Positions 45,335 to 55,213 of a DNA stretch of 55,213 nucleotides are shown here, piece after piece. The notes beneath the pieces are model-generated. The model was not told the DNA's origin. It saw only the letters and a program-made list of their open reading frames with translations, and searched no databases. A program made the position numbers and the translations under genes. Origin of the DNA: a virus (lineage: Duplodnaviria; Caudoviricetes); the IMG/VR virus record IMGVR_UViG_3300025117_000079, positions 1 to 55,213 of that record, one strand, 5' to 3'. Within the stretch, counting starts at the first letter, position 1. Each line of letters begins with the position of its first letter.

Positions 45335-46615
45335 ATGAAGATAGTCTTGATCTCACCAAAATTTCCAAACATATGGGAACCTCTTGGTCTTGCGAGTATT
45401 TCTTCCTATTGTAGATGGAATGTTCCTAATGTAGATATTGAGTTTTATGATGAAAGCTTTGATGATATAAATCAAATCATATTAGCAGGAGCTAATGCTG
45501 ATTATGTAGGTATATCTGCTACTACAACTACTTATAGACAGGTTCTTAATATAATTAAACAGATTAAACAGATTAACAGCAATGTACGAGTAATCCTCGG
45601 TGGTTGGCACGCAACAACTTCTCCTAGAACAATATTAGACTCAGATATTACTTTTCAGAATTCCAAAAATACTCTAATTGATTATGTGGTAGTTGGAGAA
45701 GGAGAGAAAGCATTTGTAGATATTATAAATGGTATGCACAAACCAGGAATGGTATTGGGTACAAAAATGGAGTTTAAGGATCTACTTTGGCCCGACAGAA
45801 CAATAATCAAACAGGAAAGATTACTAGATCTGTGTGAAAGTATGTGTGGCATTAGAATTGCTTCTTTCCAGAGTAGAAGAGGGTGTCCAATGAGATGCTC
45901 TTTCTGTGGGGAGAAGGCAATGTCAGGCAGTACTAATACAAATGAACCTGCCGTTAGAGTAAGAAATGCAAAAGATGTATTAGATGAAATAGAGTATGTA
46001 AATAATAAATATCATATAGACAAATTTAAATTTGTCGATCCTACGTGGTCTGCGCCAAATTCCGCTGCTATAGAATTCTGCGAAGAGAAGATAAGAAGAG
46101 GAAATAAGATACCTTGGTCTGGTATGGTACACGCCGCTTTTATTAATAAAAGTCTAATGCAACTGATGAAGGAATCAAGTTGTGACCAAATAGATGTTGG
46201 AGTAGAAAGTGGCAGTCAGTCGATACTAAACAAAGTAAGTAAAGGTATTACAATTGATAGAATTAAAAATGTGTTCAGATGGGCCAAAGAAGTTGGATTG
46301 AAAAGAAGAGCATTTACTATTATTGGTTTTCCAGAAGAAACTCCTAATGATATAGAATTAACAAAACAATTAATAAGAGATATACAACCTGATGTTTTGG
46401 GTACGACCGTTCTTACCCCATTCCCCGGAACAAGTTACTACAATCACAGCACAATGAAAGATGTTGATTTCTCAGAATGTGATGAATATTCATGTTCATT
46501 CTGGAGTACTAAATATTTTTCTAATCAGGATTTAGTTAGAATACAAAAAGAGATATATGAAGAATTTAAAGATATAGCTGTTGCACACTTCAAAGAAACT
46601 TGTGAGAAAAAATAA
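45335..46615 (+). CDS. B12-binding radical SAM enzyme
   Basis: PLGLASI, LGGWHAT, GEGE, SRRGCPMRCSFC, GVESGS, TPFPGT. Confidence 0.9.
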   Translation: MKIVLISPKFPNIWEPLGLASISSYCRWNVPNVDIEFYDESFDDINQIILAGANADYVGISATTTTYRQVLNIIKQIKQINSNVRVILGGWHATTSPRTILDSDITFQNSKNTLIDYVVVGEGEKAFVDIINGMHKPGMVLGTKMEFKDLLWPDRTIIKQERLLDLCESMCGIRIASFQSRRGCPMRCSFCGEKAMSGSTNTNEPAVRVRNAKDVLDEIEYVNNKYHIDKFKFVDPTWSAPNSAAIEFCEEKIRRGNKIPWSGMVHAAFINKSLMQLMKESSCDQIDVGVESGSQSILNKVSKGITIDRIKNVFRWAKEVGLKRRAFTIIGFPEETPNDIELTKQLIRDIQPDVLGTTVLTPFPGTSYYNHSTMKDVDFSECDEYSCSFWSTKYFSNQDLVRIQKEIYEEFKDIAVAHFKETCEKK

Positions 46616-47337
46616 TGAAAATATGTAGTAAATGTAAACAATTATTAAGTTTAGATAATTTTGTATATTCAAAAATTACAAAAGATCGTAAGCAATCTTG
46701 GTGTAAAAATTGTAAAAATAAGTTAAAAAAAGAATGGTATAATAAATTAGTAAAAAGTAAGCACAAAGAAAAACGAATTCCAAAGATAATTCTTTTAGAA
46801 GGAAAAACTTTTGGTAACTTAATAGTATTATCAGAATATATAAGATGCCATTCTGGAAATAGAGTTAGAACGAAGTGGTTGTGTAAATGCAATAGGTGTA
46901 ATAATTTAAAATATATTAGAAGTGATAGTCTAATGAGTGGAAAAACAACTGATTGTGGGTGTATTGGCAAAGAAAGTACAAGTAAAAGATTTAGAAAAAG
47001 ATATGGAGAATCAGCAAGAAACAAATTATATGCTTCATATGCTTCAGGAGCTAGAAACCGTAATTATGAATTTTCTTTATCTAAAGAAGAATTTTTTAAA
47101 TTAACACAAATGAATTGTTATTATTGTAATTCATCTCCTATTAATATAAGTAAAAATACATGTTATAATGGAGATTATATTTATAATGGGGTAGATAGAA
47201 TTGATAATACTAAAGGATATGTATATAATAATTGTGTTTCATGTTGTAAAAAATGCAATAGAGCAAAAGACACTATGACTGTATTAGAATTTCATGAATG
47301 GATTACTAAAGTATATAATAATTTAAAAATAGAATAG
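46615..47337 (+). CDS. HNH endonuclease
   Basis: CYYC...NGVDRIDNTKGY...NCVSCCKKCN. Confidence 0.85.
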   Translation: MKICSKCKQLLSLDNFVYSKITKDRKQSWCKNCKNKLKKEWYNKLVKSKHKEKRIPKIILLEGKTFGNLIVLSEYIRCHSGNRVRTKWLCKCNRCNNLKYIRSDSLMSGKTTDCGCIGKESTSKRFRKRYGESARNKLYASYASGARNRNYEFSLSKEEFFKLTQMNCYYCNSSPINISKNTCYNGDYIYNGVDRIDNTKGYVYNNCVSCCKKCNRAKDTMTVLEFHEWITKVYNNLKIE

Positions 47338-47346
47338 AGGTTATGT

Positions 47347-48030
47347 ATGAATAATTTAGCTATTGTTACTAGGGCAGATAGCAGAATAAATGAGATGTCT
47401 AAGCTTACACATCCATTATTAAAGAAGTATGCAAGTAAGTGTAATGCAGATTTTATTATATTATCTGAAAATATTAAAGGTTTGCATCCTCATTGGAGAA
47501 TTTTTAATTGTCAAAAACTACTCGACAACTATGATCGTATATTAATGATTGACACTGATGCTTTAGTATTACCAACATGCCCGAATATTTTCAATATAGT
47601 TGAATTTTCTAGCATAGGAACTGTTCTGGAGGACAAAGGTAGCAGGAAAGAGATTCGTAGACAGCGTATTAAAATGATACAGAACAAACTTGGTGATGTT
47701 GGCTGGACTGAAGGCTATATCAATACAGGGGTATTTGTCTTTTCGAAAGAGCACAGAAGAATACTTGAGTATAAAGTAGAAGATCTTCCAGTTGGTGATG
47801 AGACTGGTGTCGATGATGCTTATATAGGATATCAAATTCACAAGCATGGATTTAAAGTATTTGAACTACCATTTAAATTCAACCATATGAGTATGTTCAG
47901 TGAAGACGGAACATCCAGATGGGATTCTTATATTATTCATGCTGCTGGTATGGGGTTCTTTCCTCTTATAAAGAGAACAGAATTGATAAAACAAGATATT
48001 ATACTATTGAGGAAATATTATGGTATCTAA
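47347..48030 (+). CDS. GT-A glycosyltransferase (GT8/GT34-like)
   Basis: IDTD, YINTGV, FN, IIHAAG. Confidence 0.78.
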   Translation: MNNLAIVTRADSRINEMSKLTHPLLKKYASKCNADFIILSENIKGLHPHWRIFNCQKLLDNYDRILMIDTDALVLPTCPNIFNIVEFSSIGTVLEDKGSRKEIRRQRIKMIQNKLGDVGWTEGYINTGVFVFSKEHRRILEYKVEDLPVGDETGVDDAYIGYQIHKHGFKVFELPFKFNHMSMFSEDGTSRWDSYIIHAAGMGFFPLIKRTELIKQDIILLRKYYGI

Positions 48031-48925
48031 GAATTTCAAGATTTGGGGTTTTTCATACTCTCCTCTTGGTGATCTCATTATGGGTCTTCCTTGCCTTTCC
48101 TATTTTGAGAAGTTATATCCAGACAGTTATAAGATTTGGTGTATTAAAAAGAAATGTGCTTTTGCGGCCCCTATCTTTCTTAACCACTATCTGATTGACA
48201 GAATCAAGATTACAGATAATTGGAAATCTATTGGTGATATTGATAAACAGATAATGTCACAGTGTGACATAATAATCAAAGAAGAAGGCTGGAAGCATTC
48301 AGACCAATACTGGTATAACTACAAATCTTGTGTAGAAGAAACAGCATATATAGTTGGGATCTATAATATTAAAGATGTTCTCACCAGTCAGGAAATGCAA
48401 CCAAAATTAGTAAAATGGTTTGATGTGGGAGCTAACGATCTACCAGATACTTGGAGTAAACAATATATACCAAATTTATCTGCATATAGAAATAGCATTG
48501 CTATCTGGCCTTTCTCCACAGGCTTTAGAGACAGCCCAGGTTTGAGATCACCTACTACATTATGGTGGAGTAATTTTATAGATAAAGTAAAAGTAAAGGT
48601 TTATCACTATGGTATTAACTCAGAGCCTATACTTTCTTCAAATTCAAACTATATTCGTATGACTCATTATTCATATTTTGACCAGCTTAAATCATCACTT
48701 GCATCTAATGTTACAATTGGTCCTGATTCTGGATCTCTTTGGGTAAATGGTGCTTATTCTCATCCGGCTATTCATTTAATAGCCAATTGGCTCCCACATC
48801 ACAAAGACAATATATTAGCACTAAATCCTATTAATCCAAATGCTAAAGTTGTATTTGCTGAAAAGAGAGTAGATAATATTTCAATTGAATCAGTAATCAA
48901 AGCTGTGGAGGATTTTATAGAATGA
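48020..48925 (+). CDS. GT9 (heptosyltransferase)-like glycosyltransferase
   Basis: LGDLIMGLP, NH..ID, IGPDSG..W...AY..P. Confidence 0.72.
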   Translation: MVSKNFKIWGFSYSPLGDLIMGLPCLSYFEKLYPDSYKIWCIKKKCAFAAPIFLNHYLIDRIKITDNWKSIGDIDKQIMSQCDIIIKEEGWKHSDQYWYNYKSCVEETAYIVGIYNIKDVLTSQEMQPKLVKWFDVGANDLPDTWSKQYIPNLSAYRNSIAIWPFSTGFRDSPGLRSPTTLWWSNFIDKVKVKVYHYGINSEPILSSNSNYIRMTHYSYFDQLKSSLASNVTIGPDSGSLWVNGAYSHPAIHLIANWLPHHKDNILALNPINPNAKVVFAEKRVDNISIESVIKAVEDFIE

Positions 48926-49896
48926 GATTCTTAGTAACCGGCTCAACTGGGTTTGTAGGACCACACCTCATGAATCTTTTAATTAATGAAGGTCATGAAG
49001 TTTTTGGTATGTTTAGAAATCAGTATGAAGATACAATTGATGTATTAAAAGAAAACTACAAATATGTAAGATGGGTGAAAGGAGATATTACTGATTACGA
49101 GTCATTGAAAAGTATATTAAGAAAACACAAATATGAAGGGTGTTTTCATCTTGCCAGCATGACTCATCCAGCTACATCATTTAACCAGCCAGTCATGACA
49201 TTTCAACAAAATGCAGTTGGTACGATAAATTTAGTAGAAGCAATCATAAACTACAATCCATTTTGTGTATTGCATAATTGCAGTACTTCTGAAGTCTATG
49301 GAGTTACTAAAACTAAAGTAACAGAATTTCATCCTAGAAACCCTAACAATCCCTACTCTGTGTCGAAACATTCAGCAGAATTATATGTAACTGAACAGGC
49401 CAAAGAAGGAAAGCTAATGGCATACTCTTCCAGGGCATTCTCTCACACAGGTCCACGTAGAAGTCCAAAATACAGTATTGCTTCAGATGCTGTACAGATT
49501 GCCAAGATTATATTGGAGAAACAAGAAAACGAAATCAGAATTGGGAATATGTCTGCAATTAGAAATGTAGCAGATGTACGAGATATAGTCGATGTTTATT
49601 ATCAGTTAATGACGAAAGCTGTAAATCAAGAAATACCGAATGGTGAAATATATAATGTGTGTGGAAACGAATTACATACTATTATGTATTATCTTGAGAT
49701 AATGTTGGGGATAGCAAACATTGATCCTAAACTTACAGTAGATCCATCTCTATACCGTAAGGTAGAGATCCAGATGCAAGATCCGGATAGTACGAAAGTA
49801 AGAAGACTGCTTGGTTGGGAACCAAAGATACCTTTAAAACAAACACTGACTGATTTGCTTAATTATTGGTTGGAGAAAGTAAATAATGAGATGTAA
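48922..49896 (+). CDS. NDP-sugar 4,6-dehydratase (GMD/DmhA-like SDR)
   Basis: GSTGFVG, HLA, STSEVYG, YSVSK, HTGPRRS, D.RD. Confidence 0.85.
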   Translation: MRFLVTGSTGFVGPHLMNLLINEGHEVFGMFRNQYEDTIDVLKENYKYVRWVKGDITDYESLKSILRKHKYEGCFHLASMTHPATSFNQPVMTFQQNAVGTINLVEAIINYNPFCVLHNCSTSEVYGVTKTKVTEFHPRNPNNPYSVSKHSAELYVTEQAKEGKLMAYSSRAFSHTGPRRSPKYSIASDAVQIAKIILEKQENEIRIGNMSAIRNVADVRDIVDVYYQLMTKAVNQEIPNGEIYNVCGNELHTIMYYLEIMLGIANIDPKLTVDPSLYRKVEIQMQDPDSTKVRRLLGWEPKIPLKQTLTDLLNYWLEKVNNEM

Positions 49897-50044
49897 AGTG
49901 TGTAATAAAAAATTTCATTGGTGTACTAGTTGTGGATATGATACTGACTTACATCCACTTTCAGAAGGATATTGTTCTTGGAATTGTTTAAGAAAAGATA
50001 ATGGACCTGAAATGCCAGAAGACGACGAGGAAGACAATGGATAA
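49886..50044 (+). CDS. 52-aa Cys-rich protein [16 protein letters not shown]...CSWNC
   Basis: Hand translation; overlaps both neighbours in coupled fashion. Confidence 0.7.
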   Translation: MRCKVCNKKFHWCTSCGYDTDLHPLSEGYCSWNCLRKDNGPEMPEDDEEDNG

Positions 50045-52145
50045 TCTAAATATAGACCATCATAAATTAATGTACCATCCAGAACTAGTGGCAAAATGGT
50101 TGAATGGTATGGATACTTATCCAATTATGTTAGAGGTTGGACTTACAGACAACTGCCAACATAATTGTAGTTTTTGTTTAGATGGAAACACATTAATAAC
50201 TATGTCAGATTTTTCAGAGAAAAAAATCAAAAATGTAAGACTCGATGATATGATACTAGGATTTGATGAAATTAGTCCAAAAACAGGAAGAGATAAAAAA
50301 GTCTATCCTTCTAAAGTATTAAATATATTTAGTAGAAAAGAAAATGTTATAAAAATAACATTTAATGATAATACTCATTTATTAGTTACAAAAAATCATA
50401 AAATTTTGGCAAATAGAGGACATAATAAGCATTCTTGGAGAAATGCTGGAAAATACAAAATAGGTCAAGATGTTGCATCTTTCCCATATAAAATAAAGAA
50501 AATAGAGAATATAAATCTAAATGAAGATTTATATAAAAAAGGTTATATAGTGGGTATGTTTCTTGGAGATGGATATATTTCATCTTCAGAAAAAAATAAA
50601 CACGGTAATAAAAAAAGATTTAGATTAGCTTTAACAGACATAGAACCTTTAAACAGAATAGCAAATTACTTTGAATATTTTCATATAGATTTTTATTGGG
50701 GTGTATTTGATATACACTTAAATGGAAATAAAAAACCAGCAATATATGGATCTAAATACAATGCTTATGATAATTTGGTAGATTTAATAGTAGATACTTT
50801 TAATAGTAATAATTATGATTACTATAGGGGATTTTTAGCAGGAATCTATGATGCAGAAGGACATATTGATAAAAAATCAAGAACAATAAGAATCAGTAAT
50901 ACTAATAAATTTATTATTGATGAAATTTGTAGATGTCTGGATGGTATTAATATACCATACATAATAGAATTTAATAAAAGAAAAACAAATATTAAAGATG
51001 TGTATAATGTAAGAATTCTAGCTAAAAAACAATTTTATAATCTAGGATTTATAGATATTATAGATCCAGCTATTATTAGAAAAGGAATAACAAATTTTCA
51101 CAATATTAGAATGAGAACTACTAAAGTAATAACAAATATAGAAGAAATTAAAGACAAAATAGATGTTTATAATATAGAAACAGAATCAAAAACCTATATC
51201 GCAAATAATACTTATGTACATAATTGCTCATTAAACTGGATTACTCATTCAAAGAATTATTTAGAAACAGACGTTCTTTGTAATAGAATATTTGAGATGA
51301 CAGTTTTAGGATTGAAATCTGTATACGCTGCCGGTGAGGGCGAACCACTTTTGCATCCAGATGTAGAATATATTATAAAATACTGTCATGCATTAAAATT
51401 AAGAACATCTCTTGCTACTAATGGTCAACTTTTAGATGAACATACTTCAGCAGAAATTCTTCCCTGTCTTTCTTGGATACGAATAAGTCTAGATGCTGCA
51501 AAAGATGAAACTCATAGTAAGATTCATGGTGTGTCTAAAAAATGCTTTCCATTGATTGTAGACAATATAGCAAAAGCTGTTGGTATTAAGAAAAGAAACA
51601 ATCTGGATGTAAATATTGGAATTCAGGCATTGCTTCTTTCAGAAAATATTAATGAGATAGAAGATATAGTTATATTAGCCAAAATGCTTGAGGTGGACAA
51701 TTTACAAATTAAACCAGCACACAATCATCCTAAAAGTAAGTTTAATCCTAATATATATAAATTTTCTTATGAGGGATTACAAGAAGAATTAAAGAAGTAC
51801 AATAGTGATAAATTTAAAGTAATAGTAAGATCTAAAACAATGGAGGAATTATCAGAAGCTAGATGTTATAGTGATTGTTATGGTCCTGATTTCTATGCTC
51901 TTTTATCAGCTAAAGGTGATTTTGTACCGTGCAATATTTATTACAATAAGGAAGAATTTATATTTGGCAATATCTATGAAGAAGGATTTATTGAGATTTG
52001 GGACTCTCCAAGAAGAAAAGAAATAATGAAAAAAGTAGCAGAGATGGAACATAAACAGTGCGGAATATATAAGTGTAGGCAACATATGTTAAATGAATAT
52101 CTCTGGAGAATCAAAAATCCAGAACTTAACGATGTTTTCATCTAA
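50037..52145 (+). CDS. radical SAM/SPASM-type enzyme with intein
   Basis: CQHNCSF|C after splicing; GEGEP, ATNG, RISLDA; C-terminal C...PC...FGNI...W...C..C. Confidence 0.9.
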   Translation: MDNLNIDHHKLMYHPELVAKWLNGMDTYPIMLEVGLTDNCQHNCSFCLDGNTLITMSDFSEKKIKNVRLDDMILGFDEISPKTGRDKKVYPSKVLNIFSRKENVIKITFNDNTHLLVTKNHKILANRGHNKHSWRNAGKYKIGQDVASFPYKIKKIENINLNEDLYKKGYIVGMFLGDGYISSSEKNKHGNKKRFRLALTDIEPLNRIANYFEYFHIDFYWGVFDIHLNGNKKPAIYGSKYNAYDNLVDLIVDTFNSNNYDYYRGFLAGIYDAEGHIDKKSRTIRISNTNKFIIDEICRCLDGINIPYIIEFNKRKTNIKDVYNVRILAKKQFYNLGFIDIIDPAIIRKGITNFHNIRMRTTKVITNIEEIKDKIDVYNIETESKTYIANNTYVHNCSLNWITHSKNYLETDVLCNRIFEMTVLGLKSVYAAGEGEPLLHPDVEYIIKYCHALKLRTSLATNGQLLDEHTSAEILPCLSWIRISLDAAKDETHSKIHGVSKKCFPLIVDNIAKAVGIKKRNNLDVNIGIQALLLSENINEIEDIVILAKMLEVDNLQIKPAHNHPKSKFNPNIYKFSYEGLQEELKKYNSDKFKVIVRSKTMEELSEARCYSDCYGPDFYALLSAKGDFVPCNIYYNKEEFIFGNIYEEGFIEIWDSPRRKEIMKKVAEMEHKQCGIYKCRQHMLNEYLWRIKNPELNDVFI
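50175..51224 (+). mobile_element. intein with LAGLIDADG endonuclease (350 aa)
   Basis: Starts CLDGNT; T.NH; GMFLGDG and [10 protein letters not shown]; ends VYNIET...VHN before Cys+1. Confidence 0.95.
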
Positions 52146-52153
52146 GAGGAATT

Positions 52154-53395
52154 ATGATACCAAAAATTGATAAGTCTGACCTAAAAATTACTGGTAAGTG
52201 TCCATTCCAAGGATCTGGGTGGACAAATCTCTATTATGCTATGTATAATGGCGAGGAAGTGATTGTCAAGGAACAAATCAAAGAACTAGATAGATTTGAT
52301 AGAGAGTTAGAAGTTCTATCAAATAATATTGACGGTGTTGTCAAACTTTTGGCATATGGGGATAAGTTTTTAGTTTTAGAAAAGTTGTATAATATATTAG
52401 CATATCAAGCTCCAGCTAAATCTTTCTTGCAGAAAATAGCAACTAACTCTCTTCAAACTCTTAGAAAGTTATATCTCCTGAATTATAGTTGGATTGCTAA
52501 ACCTAGTCATTTATTGATAGATGCTTTAGGAGATGTTAAGTTAGTAGACTTCAATGATGATGTATACAAAAAGATACCATTCTTTAGTCATACTGAAGGT
52601 ATAATTACATTTGGAATGTGTAATAATTATGGAGTTTATTTAGGTAAAGATGTAACTCCTTATTCTGGTTATTTTGCAACAATAGATTACTATTGTAGAA
52701 AACTAAATATAAGTTTTGAAGATATTATTCAATATCCTTTACGTCAAATGGTAGAAAAAGAATACCAATTTATTCAGAATGTACACCAACCAATATTCTT
52801 TCCACCATTCAATGAATATCTTAGAAGAGAGTCTGAAGAAGATGACCCAAACTTTGGTAAATTGGTAAAACCAAATAGACTTTGTACTGATAGAATTAGA
52901 TTGATTAAATCTGCATTACCAGATAGTGTTAGAGGTTGGTCATATCTTGATATTGGAAGCAATGTTGGATGGTTTGTGTTCGCAACAGAATTTCTAGGTA
53001 TGGAATCTACTGGAATTGAAATTGGAAAGAGATTGGTAGATTTTTCACAAATGATAGCAGAGATGAATACGTCATCTGCTAAATTTATCAATAAAGATGC
53101 TACTCCAAGATATGTGGCTCAAATGCCAAATTATGATGTTATTTCTCTTCTCAGCATACTTCATTTGTTAGTTCCAAGTAAAGGAAAAGAATATGCTATT
53201 TCTTTATTAAGAGAGATTTGTAATAAAGTAAACAAAGTATTCTTCTTTGAAATTCCAATTTGGTCTTATCAGTCATTTGGAGTAACATCGGTAGAAACAC
53301 TAAGCATGTTTCTTCAGAAACTTGGTAATTTTTCTAAGGTGCAGGTTGTTGGTATGTCTGATGCCAAACGTCCTTTTATAGCCTGTTATAAGTAG
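52154..53395 (+). CDS. kinase-like domain fused to SAM methyltransferase (WbdD-like, reversed order)
   Basis: N-terminal GSG, VKE, E, VKLL, LVDFN; C-terminal LDIGSN.G.F, GIE, DVI.LLSILH. Confidence 0.7.
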   Translation: MIPKIDKSDLKITGKCPFQGSGWTNLYYAMYNGEEVIVKEQIKELDRFDRELEVLSNNIDGVVKLLAYGDKFLVLEKLYNILAYQAPAKSFLQKIATNSLQTLRKLYLLNYSWIAKPSHLLIDALGDVKLVDFNDDVYKKIPFFSHTEGIITFGMCNNYGVYLGKDVTPYSGYFATIDYYCRKLNISFEDIIQYPLRQMVEKEYQFIQNVHQPIFFPPFNEYLRRESEEDDPNFGKLVKPNRLCTDRIRLIKSALPDSVRGWSYLDIGSNVGWFVFATEFLGMESTGIEIGKRLVDFSQMIAEMNTSSAKFINKDATPRYVAQMPNYDVISLLSILHLLVPSKGKEYAISLLREICNKVNKVFFFEIPIWSYQSFGVTSVETLSMFLQKLGNFSKVQVVGMSDAKRPFIACYK

Positions 53396-53404
53396 GAGTA
53401 ACTA

Positions 53405-53983
53405 ATGCCTTACATCTACTCTTGTCGTAATAAAGATAATTTATATCAATTTGAACATGGTGCTTTAGAATTTGAAGAGATTAAAAATTGGAGAGAAACT
53501 ACTTTAGAAGCATTTAAATGCCCTGTTTTATTTACTAATGGTTGTTATGATATATTACATCCTGGTCACATTAAAACATTCAATACAATGAAACGTAAGT
53601 ATCCACTATCATTTCTCATTGTAGGACTAAATTCGGACAAATCAGTTAAGAAATTAAAAGGAAATCATAGACCAATTAATGGTGAAGCAATAAGAGATTT
53701 TAATTTAATGTCATTGGCAGCAGTTGATGTTGTTTTTATATTTGACTCTGAAGAAGAATTAGAATTATTGATACAGGCTATTAGACCTACAATTCTATTT
53801 AAGGGAGGAGATTATTCAAAGAAGGCTATTACTGGTGCTGAGTGCATTAAAAAGAACGGTGGACAGGTAATGATTTTAGATAGAGATCCTAAATTTTCAA
53901 CTTCAGATTTAGTTACTAAAATTGGGCATACTTACTTAAAAGAACAATTTGGTGAAAATGTTTTATTAGTGAAAGGAGAGTAA
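53405..53983 (+). CDS. rfaE2: heptose-1-phosphate nucleotidyltransferase (HldE/RfaE domain II)
   Basis: TNGCYDILHPGH, GLNSD.SV..LKG..RP, KGGDY, STS. Confidence 0.9.
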   Translation: MPYIYSCRNKDNLYQFEHGALEFEEIKNWRETTLEAFKCPVLFTNGCYDILHPGHIKTFNTMKRKYPLSFLIVGLNSDKSVKKLKGNHRPINGEAIRDFNLMSLAAVDVVFIFDSEEELELLIQAIRPTILFKGGDYSKKAITGAECIKKNGGQVMILDRDPKFSTSDLVTKIGHTYLKEQFGENVLLVKGE

Positions 53984-54496
53984 ATGAGAAATCTCATTCT
54001 ATCTTGGAATAGCTATAGTTGGATCAAGTATTGTTCTGGTCTTATCATGCGTAACCCACAAGACTTTCAGGTAATTATAATCTGTAATGATAATAACCTG
54101 CCAATAGCAAAACTTCCACAACTTTGTCAAGAAGCGCGGTATATGCAAAGATCTTTTGATTTAGCTAAAGCCGGAAAGGAACTCGGTATAAAGAAGTTAG
54201 CTAATCTGAGATACAATGATGGTAAGATTGATTTAAATAGGCTTGTTGTTCAATTAAGTTTGATTATACAGACTAGTGGGATCAGTACTCTTTACTATCA
54301 GTACAATAGATTACTAGATAGTATTGTCAAGCCGATTATGTCTATTGAGAAGTATGCTTTTGGTGGATGTTTAGAACCTAAGATTCATATAGAATTAACA
54401 ATGCAAGAATACCAACGGAAGTTGGGAATAATTAATAATTTGGTTGGGTTGTATGAAGACGATAATCTAATTCCAGTTGTGGAGATGTTTACATAA
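53984..54496 (+). CDS. hypothetical protein, weak PIG-L/LmbE-like pattern without catalytic motif
   Basis: R......A...LG......L.Y.DG pattern; no HPDDE. Confidence 0.5.
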   Translation: MRNLILSWNSYSWIKYCSGLIMRNPQDFQVIIICNDNNLPIAKLPQLCQEARYMQRSFDLAKAGKELGIKKLANLRYNDGKIDLNRLVVQLSLIIQTSGISTLYYQYNRLLDSIVKPIMSIEKYAFGGCLEPKIHIELTMQEYQRKLGIINNLVGLYEDDNLIPVVEMFT

Positions 54497-54511
54497 GGCA
54501 AGGAATGTGTA

Positions 54512-55213
54512 TTGGCAACAATTACAGCAAATCTTAGTGCAATATTAATTCATCCGTCTTCTTATGTTATCAGTACAGAGAATGGTATATATACATATAA
54601 TGTATGGATAGGGGAGTCTGGAAAAAATGCTGTAACTGTAACTGGTGAAAATAACACTTTTTATAATTGTATAGGTATATCCCCAACTGGTGAAGGATTT
54701 GTAAATCATTCATCCACTACCATTGCTAAAAACAATATATTTAAAGGAGTAACTGCCGATGCTTCTTCTACAGAAGATATTTCTGCTAACACATCATATA
54801 ATTGTTTTCCTTCCGGTTCTACACCAGCAAATTTTGGTTCTACTGGAAATGTAATATCTGCCCCTCTTTGGGTAGACGAAGAAGGAGAGGATTTTACTCT
54901 TGATACTGGATCTCCTTGTGCTAGAACAGGAACAAATGTAAATTTGGACTATGATTATTATTTAAGAAGAGTAAATCCAGATTACCCGTCTATAGGAATA
55001 GCAGAGTGGATAGTAACTGAAACAAAAACTTTTGGATTTGATTCCTATTTAAAGAAACTTAATATAATTTATAATCTAAATTTAGACTCTTATTTAAAAA
55101 GATTAAATATAACTAATACTTTAGATTTAGATTCTTATTTAAAAAGATTAAATACAATAGAAATAACTAATCTAGATGCTAGATTAATAACAGTACATAC
55201 TATATCTTCTTTT
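54512..55213 (+). CDS. partial CDS (TTG start): beta-helix-type virion/adhesin protein with 15-aa repeats
   Basis: Hand translation, open to the window end; NNTFYN, KNNIF, DFTL..GSPC..TG...SIGIAE; DSYLK(K/R)LN x3. Confidence 0.7.
   Translation, partial: MATITANLSAILIHPSSYVISTENGIYTYNVWIGESGKNAVTVTGENNTFYNCIGISPTGEGFVNHSSTTIAKNNIFKGVTADASSTEDISANTSYNCFPSGSTPANFGSTGNVISAPLWVDEEGEDFTLDTGSPCARTGTNVNLDYDYYLRRVNPDYPSIGIAEWIVTETKTFGFDSYLKKLNIIYNLNLDSYLKRLNITNTLDLDSYLKRLNTIEITNLDARLITVHTISSF

Noticed and set aside
1329-53091. Numerous antisense or nested ORFs in the track (e.g. 1329-1589, 22799-23245, 31068-31397, 31981-32460, 46590-47024)
   Set aside because: Shadow frames of well-supported genes, with no RBS or motifs

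Overview
AT-rich window of a large tailed dsDNA phage (standard genetic code). The left arm (1-18.8 kb, minus strand) holds many small early/host-takeover genes, a MoxR-ATPase/VWA-peptidase module, a radical SAM enzyme, an RNA ligase and an SNF2 helicase. Several of these genes are separated by a family of stop-to-RBS hairpins. A repeat-rich non-coding stretch at about 18.8-19.8 kb may be the genome end or an origin. A short minus-strand operon (19.8-22.3 kb) follows, then a plus-strand arm with terminase (intein), portal, scaffold and a major capsid gene split at codon 4 by a group I intron carrying an HNH ORF. The main candidate for an undescribed system is a phage-encoded heptose activation, tailoring and transfer pathway interleaved with virion genes. 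It includes split HldE kinase and nucleotidyltransferase genes, a DmhA-like 4,6-dehydratase, a DegT aminotransferase, B12 and SPASM radical SAM enzymes (one with an intein inside its CxxxCxxC motif), two GT9-like plus two other glycosyltransferases, methyltransferases and a domain-swapped WbdD-like protein. Other oddities are an exported ClpP-like peptidase with a CxxCH haem motif, sigma-54-type promoters, and a tRNA-Pro with a rewired D/T-loop elbow. Together these suggest a Gram-negative, possibly Desulfobacterota-like host (inference). All family assignments come from motif recognition by eye; no searches were run.
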